In this document: positions 48,272-55,887 of the stretch, piece after piece
How the letters are laid out: every line of letters starts with the position of its first letter
Position numbering within the stretch: position 1 is the first letter of the stretch
IMG/VR virus record: IMGVR_UViG_3300027754_000085
Location: 989-64,988 of that record
Strand: one strand, 5' to 3'
Origin: a virus
Lineage: Duplodnaviria > Caudoviricetes
Length of the DNA stretch: 64,000 nt
Notes under the pieces: model-generated
Seen by the model: the letters and a program-made list of their open reading frames with translations, nothing else
What the model was told of the DNA's origin: nothing
Database searches by the model: none
Position numbers and translations under genes: made by a program

Positions 48272-48804
48272 TGGCTGGTGGAGTTAACAACTTTTCAGCC
48301 TCACAAAACTGGCAATCGCTAGGTGCTGGCGGATTAAATGGTTATAACAATCAAGGTGGTGCAGGCACACCTGTAGCACATGACACAATGGATGCACTTC
48401 GCATTGGTGTTGGTCGCATACCTTCCGCAGAATATCCAGACGGTTATCTTGGCACAATCCGATCACGTCGTGATGATCGTTTATTAGACTCAATCAAAAA
48501 CCGTGTTAACCAGAAGGCTTATCAACGGGGTGTTCACAAGGGTGAGCGTATTGAGCCATCCATGTATTACTGGCCTCAAGATGTTGGGCCAATGCGTGGT
48601 ATTGAGCGTCAGATGAAAGCAGTACCAGTAAACTACAATGGTGCCATAACTTACATGATTCCTCGCAATGCTCCACAGACACACCTAACTCCTGCTCCAC
48701 ACCTTGTTAACGACGGTAAAGCAAACACCGTTGCTAATGAGCCAGGTCAAATTGATGCACGTCGTCAGGCGATGATGGCTTACTTAAGACCAGCGTGGTC
48801 ATAG
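48271..48804 (+). CDS. Hypothetical protein
   Basis: AEYPDGYLG...RRDDR...YQRGVHKGE; coupled. Confidence 0.55.
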   Translation: MAGGVNNFSASQNWQSLGAGGLNGYNNQGGAGTPVAHDTMDALRIGVGRIPSAEYPDGYLGTIRSRRDDRLLDSIKNRVNQKAYQRGVHKGERIEPSMYYWPQDVGPMRGIERQMKAVPVNYNGAITYMIPRNAPQTHLTPAPHLVNDGKANTVANEPGQIDARRQAMMAYLRPAWS

Positions 48805-48805
48805 G

Positions 48806-49480
48806 ATGGCTAAATTTGGAGTAGACCCACACGGTCGTTGGGATAAAAATATTGCCGAAGCACAATTTAAATTACACGTTGAAAACATTATTAATAAATA
48901 CAAAGAAGCCCCAGAAGAAATGCTAAAAGGTGGCCATGAGTGGTACAACAAGGCACACGATGTAGCAACCACAATTGGCCGTGGAGATGTAAACAAAGGC
49001 GCAGGAGTAATTGCAGCACTCTCTCCACTTAATGGGTGGGAACGAAACGTTGCTGAAGCACACGAACTTATTAGAACAGGTAATGTAGCAAGCGCTTTAT
49101 TACCAGCCAACGTGGATAAGGCTCGTAGAATTCATGGCGGAGAAGATCCTGAAAAGGTACTTGGTGGTAACAAAGTTAAAAGTTTTTATCAAAACATATC
49201 AGATCCAAGTAACCCTGCTCCAGTAACAATTGATCGACATGCTTATGACATTGCCGTCGGTAGACCTTTTGTTGGCGCAGGTGGTGGTAAAGCAAAAAGT
49301 AATATTACTACTGGCCCAAGTGGTCACGTACCTATGACTGAAGATCTTGGATTAGGTTCTATTGGACGCTATAAACATTTTGTACATGCCTATCGACATG
49401 CTGCTGGTGAACTTGGTGTAGATGTACCTCATAAAGTTCAAGCAACAACTTGGGTAACTCATAGAGGGGCAATAGGATGA
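48806..49480 (+). CDS. Alpha-helical DNA glycosylase-fold-like protein
   Basis: WY, IAALSP...W..N, KV.SFY.NI, VTIDRH and VQA.TW motifs. Confidence 0.5.
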   Translation: MAKFGVDPHGRWDKNIAEAQFKLHVENIINKYKEAPEEMLKGGHEWYNKAHDVATTIGRGDVNKGAGVIAALSPLNGWERNVAEAHELIRTGNVASALLPANVDKARRIHGGEDPEKVLGGNKVKSFYQNISDPSNPAPVTIDRHAYDIAVGRPFVGAGGGKAKSNITTGPSGHVPMTEDLGLGSIGRYKHFVHAYRHAAGELGVDVPHKVQATTWVTHRGAIG

Positions 49481-49839
49481 CACAACCAGTTGATGGCGTC
49501 TATGACCACACCAAACCTTGGCGTGCACCCTTAAAACCAGACTTAGTAGCAAAGCGTTACCAATACAATGGCCCATGGGCATCTAACATGGAACGCTTAA
49601 CACAACAGGCATTGATGGTTATGAACATTCCAGGAAAAGATATTCAAGAGATGGTTCGTCCACCTCTGCCACAAATTCGTTTGTTTCCAGATCGTTTTGG
49701 ATACGGAGATCGCTCTCAACCAGGTATTGATGACATTGTGAGTGTAGACAGAAATTATGTAGAGCCACGTGTATCCTGGTACTCAGGTGGAGTGTCTGGT
49801 TTCCAGGCTGCTTCTCGAAATGGATTGGAGTCTAACTAA
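49477..49839 (+). CDS. Hypothetical protein
   Basis: Coupled ORF. Confidence 0.5.
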   Translation: MTQPVDGVYDHTKPWRAPLKPDLVAKRYQYNGPWASNMERLTQQALMVMNIPGKDIQEMVRPPLPQIRLFPDRFGYGDRSQPGIDDIVSVDRNYVEPRVSWYSGGVSGFQAASRNGLESN

Positions 49840-50075
49840 TGAATACTATTGCATCACCAGCAGATGACTTTAATGGTAAGAAGCCAGGATCAGGTTACAC
49901 AAATCGTGCTAAAGGCGAATCTAACATAGTTCCAAATCGTGCAGCAAAACGTAGACCTTTTTTAAGTTCTTACGAATATGAGCACGTACTTCGTGCTAAG
50001 CCAGGAGACAAAGCACCCAAAAGATGGGGTGGCGGTAGACTTGGCGAGTGGGATCCAGAGAGAGGACAGAATTAA
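49839..50075 (+). CDS. Small basic protein
   Basis: TAATG coupling; IVPNRAAKRR. Confidence 0.5.
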   Translation: MNTIASPADDFNGKKPGSGYTNRAKGESNIVPNRAAKRRPFLSSYEYEHVLRAKPGDKAPKRWGGGRLGEWDPERGQN

Positions 50076-50275
50076 TGGATGATGGAGATGGCATGATAAC
50101 AATGGAATTGCAGGCTCGGCAGATTGCCGATAATGCTACAAAATATAACGGATCCACGCCATGTCCAACCTGTGGGGTAGTCATGAACCCCGTAGAATTT
50201 ATGGCTAATAGAGGTCATTGTTTGTCTTGTGTAACTCAGCGTAATGCCAAAAGAGTTAAAGGAAAAATGGCATGA
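50075..50275 (+). CDS. Small Zn-finger protein
   Basis: CPTC...CLSC; start re-placed at 50075. Confidence 0.55.
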   Translation: MDDGDGMITMELQARQIADNATKYNGSTPCPTCGVVMNPVEFMANRGHCLSCVTQRNAKRVKGKMA

Positions 50276-50469
50276 TATTTAATGATCGTAGAAGAACCCG
50301 CATTAAGAGTGTTAAAGAACGTCAAAGGGTACATAATTTAGTCAGGGAGTCAGGTGAATACATTTCTTCTCCAGAAGGAAGGTTTCCTGCATCCCGCAAA
50401 GAGCAGTACGCTCAATCTGCTAAAGCGGTAGACACCGTAATTGAGGCAAACAGAAAGAAGAATAAATAA
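50272..50469 (+). CDS. Small basic protein
   Basis: ATGA overlap. Confidence 0.5.
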   Translation: MIFNDRRRTRIKSVKERQRVHNLVRESGEYISSPEGRFPASRKEQYAQSAKAVDTVIEANRKKNK

Positions 50470-50669
50470 TGGCTGTTAACTCATCACGTTCAATGAACAA
50501 GTCACTAGATGACGGTGCAACTGATGGAAAGTATCGTAAGGCTCGTCCAGACACAGAAGTGACAATGGACTCTGCCCCTACAGAAGCCAATCGTCAAACA
50601 TTACATCCATTTTATGGATACGGATTTCAAACCTCTGAGTACCCAGCAAAGGTAAACCCAGGTAAGTAA
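50469..50669 (+). CDS. Small protein
   Basis: TAATG coupling; DGKYRK.RP. Confidence 0.55.
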   Translation: MAVNSSRSMNKSLDDGATDGKYRKARPDTEVTMDSAPTEANRQTLHPFYGYGFQTSEYPAKVNPGK

Positions 50670-50671
50670 TC

Positions 50672-50845
50672 ATGGCATCAGTTCCAGACCGTGCTAATAA
50701 TCCAAAACGTAAATTTCATTACGGTGATACATACCGTAGTGGTGATTTAGGATATGACCGTGATTTAGACTCTGGTATTTCTGAAGACTATATTGATAGA
50801 TTAGACAAAGAGTTAAAGCGTAGACCAGGAAAGTTTGGTAAGTAA
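50672..50845 (+). CDS. 57-aa protein, absent from ORF track
   Basis: MASVPDRANNPKRKFHYG...RPGKFGK. Confidence 0.55.
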   Translation: MASVPDRANNPKRKFHYGDTYRSGDLGYDRDLDSGISEDYIDRLDKELKRRPGKFGK

Positions 50846-50847
50846 TC

Positions 50848-51120
50848 ATGGCTAAGAAAAAGACCGTACCTTTAAACTCAGAGGAAGCACTTGCTCATCT
50901 CTCTGCAGGCTTAGGTGGAATTCCTATGCGTTACGGTAATGGGCCAAGCGTTACTGCTGTTCCAGATCGTGGTAGTGACCCTAAGCGTAAAATTGATATG
51001 AACAAGCCTTGTAACGACTGTGGAATGATTCATAATGATCCAAATTTTGATTACAAAACACATTCAAAGGAAAAACAACTAGGCAATATTGTTGGCAACG
51101 CATTATTTAAGGGGATGTAA
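50848..51120 (+). CDS. Small protein with VPDR...PKRK motif and CxxC...H
   Basis: AVPDRGSDPKRK; CNDC...H. Confidence 0.55.
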   Translation: MAKKKTVPLNSEEALAHLSAGLGGIPMRYGNGPSVTAVPDRGSDPKRKIDMNKPCNDCGMIHNDPNFDYKTHSKEKQLGNIVGNALFKGM

Positions 51121-51122
51121 TT

Positions 51123-51413
51123 ATGGGAAGCACACAAGCAGAGGGATACGCTGCACACGATAAGCAGTTTAAACGCAACGGCAGTGCTGGTCTTCTTGCT
51201 CACTTGCAAGGTAATCATTATCCACCAGTTCCAGCATCAATGCTTGGACCGTCAAAGCGTGCTATATCTGCAGTGAACAAAGGCAATCACAATTCAAACA
51301 TTAAACTTCCACAAGGTGTTTTATATAAAGGTAAGAAGTCAGCACCAGCATCTGCAATTGTTGAAGCACACCACCTACATGCGTGGTTAAACCCAGATCA
51401 ATTTCAGGATTAA
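51123..51413 (+). CDS. Hypothetical protein
   Basis: HLQGNHYPPVP...AIVEAHHL..WL. Confidence 0.55.
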   Translation: MGSTQAEGYAAHDKQFKRNGSAGLLAHLQGNHYPPVPASMLGPSKRAISAVNKGNHNSNIKLPQGVLYKGKKSAPASAIVEAHHLHAWLNPDQFQD

Positions 51414-51415
51414 TC

Positions 51416-51760
51416 ATGGCAAAAGTAGCAAAAACTAATAGAGCAAAAGCCCCAGATTTTATTGCTAGTAAAGTTCCCTTTCAAGCATCAGCACTATCAG
51501 GTGTAGAAGGCTCTACTGGTACAGGACATATGTCGGATGATGAAACTCGTGAATACCGCAAGTCAAACCCAACATATACAGTCCGTTCTTACGGAACACC
51601 AATTGCATGGCACGGAGATGCAGGTTGGCAACAATCAACTACAAAGTACTCTTCCACCACTTCTCGTCATCAAGGCATTGTTCGTCGTGCATTAAACGAC
51701 CACTTTGTTAGTGGACATGACATGGCTAAAGACCCGCAGTACGGAGTACCTCTTGGCTAA
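51416..51760 (+). CDS. Hypothetical protein
   Basis: SYGTPIAW...KYSSTTSRHQ; start re-placed at 51416. Confidence 0.55.
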   Translation: MAKVAKTNRAKAPDFIASKVPFQASALSGVEGSTGTGHMSDDETREYRKSNPTYTVRSYGTPIAWHGDAGWQQSTTKYSSTTSRHQGIVRRALNDHFVSGHDMAKDPQYGVPLG

Positions 51761-51945
51761 AAAGAATAGTGGGGGCAGAAATGATGAACGAAAGTGTGGC
51801 AAGGCTGTAAAGAAACACCCAAGATCAAACATTAGTAAGGGTAAATCCTGTTGCGGTTACTCGTTAAAAAGAACTGATCGTCTAGGACATGAACAAAATC
51901 ATCGTAAAGTAGTCTTAGCCTCCTAGGACTACTACAAGGAGCACA

Positions 51946-52494
51946 ATGAGTAACATACCTTTACTTGGGCAAAAAGAATCACCAGCAAATGAACCGATGT
52001 TTCGGTTACTTCACTGTCTTGTTTGTGGAACCCTGGATGAACTACCACCTTATGATGGTGACCCAGAACTAGACCACCTACTTGCAATTGCGTGTGAACC
52101 ACACGTTTTCCCATCAGGAGAGCCACACAAAGGAAAACTATTCGTGTTACCTATACGAGCATGGGCAAAACTTGAATCAAAAAAAGAAATTATTCGTCAG
52201 ATTAAAGACGGAGGATCCAAAGGTCTTGCAGAAATTGATGACAGTTTTTATGACTCACGTTCTACTTTTCTTGAGGGTGCTATGGAGTGTTACGGGCGTC
52301 ATAACAAACCAAAAGATGGTTGTGTCGATTGGCATAGCAAAGAAAAATTACTTATACCTAAAACAGTTAAAGAGCGTAAGGCTGAAGGTATGGCACGTTA
52401 TCAAGACGAAGCAGGCCCAAAGACTTACCTATGTGACTTCTGCCCTGTGTCAGTTGCAGTAAACCACCGCAAACAAAAATTGTTAGGAATTTAA
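51946..52494 (+). CDS. Cys-rich Zn-binding protein
   Basis: CLVC and YLCDFCP; AAGGAG SD. Confidence 0.6.
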   Translation: MSNIPLLGQKESPANEPMFRLLHCLVCGTLDELPPYDGDPELDHLLAIACEPHVFPSGEPHKGKLFVLPIRAWAKLESKKEIIRQIKDGGSKGLAEIDDSFYDSRSTFLEGAMECYGRHNKPKDGCVDWHSKEKLLIPKTVKERKAEGMARYQDEAGPKTYLCDFCPVSVAVNHRKQKLLGI

Positions 52495-52495
52495 A

Positions 52496-52783
52496 ATGAC
52501 AGATAAACCAATACAAGCAGCCTACACTGTAGGAATTCGAGCAGATGGAACTATCTTTACAGATATTCTTGATCCTAATGACGGCATTCAGCGTAAGGCA
52601 ACTACCTTTGATATTTACCAGACTAGCAAAGAGTTGGTATCTGATATAGAGAGCCAATTGCTATCTGAACGTATTGTTCGGGCAGTTGTGAATGCTCTAC
52701 AACCTAAAGATGAAACCGAAGAAATTAGGGCCAGAGTGCTAGATGCACTTAATGATAGGGGCATAGAAAAGCCTTCTGTCTAA
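52496..52783 (+). CDS. Hypothetical protein
   Basis: Coupled ORF. Confidence 0.5.
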   Translation: MTDKPIQAAYTVGIRADGTIFTDILDPNDGIQRKATTFDIYQTSKELVSDIESQLLSERIVRAVVNALQPKDETEEIRARVLDALNDRGIEKPSV

Positions 52784-52795
52784 TAGACTAGTCCT

Positions 52796-53734
52796 ATGAA
52801 GAGATCTGATGGGCTAGACCAGTTTGTGAGGCCTGTAGATATACGGGGATCTTCAACCTCTTATTTTTCTGAACCCTCAGAGGAACTAGACCCACAATTA
52901 TTTACTGCAACAACCATACGGGGATCCATTCGAAATGGTCTTTTACAGTTACTGTTTGGTTTTTTAAATGAAACGTACCGTCATCCCGATCTATGGACAC
53001 GAGTATGGATAGCGGGTTCAGCAGTCTCTTATCAGTGGGAAGCAGACCGTGAACCAGGAGATCTTGATGTACTAATAGGTATTGACTACATACAGTTTAG
53101 AAAAGCACACCCAGAATATGTCGGTCTAGGCGATACTGAGATCAGCAAGATGTTAAACGAAGATTTTCGTAACCATTTACAGCCAGATACAACAAACTGG
53201 AATGGGTTTGAAGTAACTTTTTATGTTAACCCTGGTGCTACTGATATCCGCACTATTAACCCTTATGCTGCATACGATTTAACCCATAATGAATGGACTG
53301 TCTTTCCTAAAAAACAAGGTGCAATGCTCAGTCGTGTAGGAGAAAACTTAGCAAGAATTGATAATACTAAAGCACAAGAGATTGTCTCTCGTTACTCTCA
53401 AGCACTTACAGATTTACAGAATGCACAGAATGATCCAGCACGACGTAACGCAGAGTTCCGTTTACAGACTGCGTTAATGCAGGGGTCTATGTTATTTGAA
53501 GATATTCATCACTCACGCAGGTACGCATTTAATCCTAGCGGTTATGGTTACGCAGATTTTTATAACTATAGATGGCAGGCTGGTAAACGAAGCGGAACAG
53601 TACCTGCCCTACGACAACTGTCTGAGTACTGGTCAGCATACAAAGCACATGAAGCAGATGAGACATATGGCATTGAACTGCCAGATACTCAGACCCTAAT
53701 TAGAAGAGCGGCTACATACCGAACAAAAGGATAA
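52796..53734 (+). CDS. Pol-beta-superfamily nucleotidyltransferase, leaderless start
   Basis: GSAVSY...GDLDVL; TAGACT 6 nt before ATG. Confidence 0.75.
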   Translation: MKRSDGLDQFVRPVDIRGSSTSYFSEPSEELDPQLFTATTIRGSIRNGLLQLLFGFLNETYRHPDLWTRVWIAGSAVSYQWEADREPGDLDVLIGIDYIQFRKAHPEYVGLGDTEISKMLNEDFRNHLQPDTTNWNGFEVTFYVNPGATDIRTINPYAAYDLTHNEWTVFPKKQGAMLSRVGENLARIDNTKAQEIVSRYSQALTDLQNAQNDPARRNAEFRLQTALMQGSMLFEDIHHSRRYAFNPSGYGYADFYNYRWQAGKRSGTVPALRQLSEYWSAYKAHEADETYGIELPDTQTLIRRAATYRTKG

Positions 53735-53737
53735 CAC

Positions 53738-54226
53738 TTGAATATACTCGTATCACTAGATGGCGTACTCAGTTCGGACTCAGGAGATCCAATCCGAGCA
53801 GGAGTAATGCTTTACTATGCTTTAAATATTAACAATCGTGTAGCAATTATGACTTCTCGCAAAGAAGAAGACGCAAAACACTGGTTAAACTCTCACGGAA
53901 TTATTAACTACGATGACTTGATTGACTACTCTTTTAATTTAGAAGGAGAAGACTTAAAGAAACGCCAATTTGTATTGAGCCGTAGTCGTGCTCCAATTGA
54001 GATGTATGTTGATTCTGATCCTGCCATGTGTGCATGGGTATTTGAAGAGCAGGGAATTCCTGCAATTATGTTTATGAACCCAGGTTATTTGGCTGTTGAA
54101 CGTCGTCCAGACGCACCAAAAAAAGTTCGCCAATGGGATCAAATTGAAGAATCAATAAACAGGGTTAACGTTGCACGTTCAGAAGCCGCTGCTCATCCAA
54201 AGCAACTAGAGTTCTGGGATGACTAA
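53738..54226 (+). CDS. HAD-fold protein (first Asp replaced by Ser)
   Basis: ILVSLDGVL, IMTSR, WL..HG and YVDSD motifs. Confidence 0.65.
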   Translation: MNILVSLDGVLSSDSGDPIRAGVMLYYALNINNRVAIMTSRKEEDAKHWLNSHGIINYDDLIDYSFNLEGEDLKKRQFVLSRSRAPIEMYVDSDPAMCAWVFEEQGIPAIMFMNPGYLAVERRPDAPKKVRQWDQIEESINRVNVARSEAAAHPKQLEFWDD

Positions 54227-55727
54227 GTTAATCTTCTCAGGTGTTGAAGTTGGTTCAAACCGCACCCTGCTAGAAGGTCAGAAGGTTGAGTCGATGGGAC
54301 TCAACTTTTGGGGTCTTCGTAAACGAGGACTACCAAAGACAAAGACATGGCTTATAAGCGAACACTTTGACTCTGAGACTAAGGTGTACATAGAGTCTGG
54401 GGCTTCTCAGGCCGATAAGGCTGGGCTGTCCAAGGAAGAGTTACTTGATGTAGCGGTAGAGTACCAAGAGTTTTTAGTCAATAATGCAGACCGAGCAGAA
54501 GGCTTTTTAGAGTTTGACTCTCAAGTATTAGGACTTCCATGGATTACTCAACAGAGGCCCTTCTTTGCTAACGACTCAAAGTTATGGGTAATCTGGCACG
54601 AAGAATATGGGCTTCCATATCTTAAAACTCTCTCAGAGAACCACGAGAATGTAGCAATACCTAACGATGAGATAGAGGCACTAACTAACTTAGCGGCCGT
54701 TACCAGGAGTTACTCAAGTCAGTTCGGTACTAAGTATCATGCTCTTGGATGTGCCAAACCTGACAACCTAAGACAGATACCATTTGTAACTGCAAGCACA
54801 TTGTCCTGGCTTTCACCTATGCGTCGAGGTGAGACCATAGTGTGGAATGGCACCTCACTTGCCCGTTATCCAAAGAAGATGAAAGACCAAGCCCGCCCAA
54901 GATACAAGGCAGTTGTAGAGAAGGCTGGACTGAACTATTTAGACTTTATACAAGATAGTACCCTCGAAGCGACTAGAGTAGCCATCTGGTCATACCTACA
55001 GTTGGAGACATCCATGGATAAGAAGACACCTGATCTACACATCATTGAAGGGGGTAAAAACTCCCAAGTATCTGATAACAGTGATACCCCACTACTATCG
55101 GGTTTGATGGATCTTATGGGGGGTGCTTCTGATAACAGTGGGGTAGAAGGGCGGAAAGTGGAGCGCAGTGGAGTGGTAGAACGAGACGTTTCTGAGATGC
55201 AAAACCTTCCTGTCTTTGGGTATAAAATGAAGACTGTAGTCGAAACCGATGATGAAGGAAAGGATGTTCTAAGAGATGTTCCAATTATCAGTAATCAATT
55301 TTCATCACTTCGTCAATGCAACACTTGTTTTGTTGCCTCGAATTGTCCTGCTTTCAAGCCTGACAATAATTGTGCTTTCAACCTTCCTGTCGAAGTAAAG
55401 ACTAAAGATCAACTTAAGGCTTTACTTAACGCAATTATTGAAATGCAGGGACAAAGAGTTGCTTTTATGCGTTTTGCAGAAGAAATGAATGGTGGATACG
55501 CCGACCCTAACGTATCTCAAGAAATAGATCGTTTGTTTAAATTAGTTGGTAACTTAAAAGAATTAGAAGAGAACCGAGAGTTTGTTCGCATTACTGCAGA
55601 GAGACAATCCTCTGGTGGAGTTCTGTCCGCTATCTTTGGAGACAGAGCGCAAGCACTTCGTGAACTACCTGAATCTTTGAAAGAAGAATCTGTTACAAGG
55701 ATTATTCAACAATCTATAGAAGACTAG
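54219..55727 (+). CDS. Degenerate TGT/DpdA-like TIM barrel fused to a Cys-rich helical domain
   Basis: VYIESGA, WH, KYHALG and TASTLSW (compare DSG, H.LG, S.DSSSW); CNTC....CP....C. Confidence 0.5.
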   Translation: MTKLIFSGVEVGSNRTLLEGQKVESMGLNFWGLRKRGLPKTKTWLISEHFDSETKVYIESGASQADKAGLSKEELLDVAVEYQEFLVNNADRAEGFLEFDSQVLGLPWITQQRPFFANDSKLWVIWHEEYGLPYLKTLSENHENVAIPNDEIEALTNLAAVTRSYSSQFGTKYHALGCAKPDNLRQIPFVTASTLSWLSPMRRGETIVWNGTSLARYPKKMKDQARPRYKAVVEKAGLNYLDFIQDSTLEATRVAIWSYLQLETSMDKKTPDLHIIEGGKNSQVSDNSDTPLLSGLMDLMGGASDNSGVEGRKVERSGVVERDVSEMQNLPVFGYKMKTVVETDDEGKDVLRDVPIISNQFSSLRQCNTCFVASNCPAFKPDNNCAFNLPVEVKTKDQLKALLNAIIEMQGQRVAFMRFAEEMNGGYADPNVSQEIDRLFKLVGNLKELEENREFVRITAERQSSGGVLSAIFGDRAQALRELPESLKEESVTRIIQQSIED

Positions 55728-55887
55728 TAATCTGATAACAGCAATTATTAGGTAGTGAAACATAGTTTACCCTTTTCCGCAAGTCAAAGGTAGTCAACCA
55801 AGTTAGCAAGTATATGATAGGTTCAGATCAAACATAATAGGAAACCCATTGAGGGGTATTTACACATTTATAGAAATGGTAGGGGTA

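Noticed and set aside
55728-55887. Cobalamin riboswitch or NrdR box upstream of nrdJ
   Set aside because: No B12-box and no convincing NrdR palindrome
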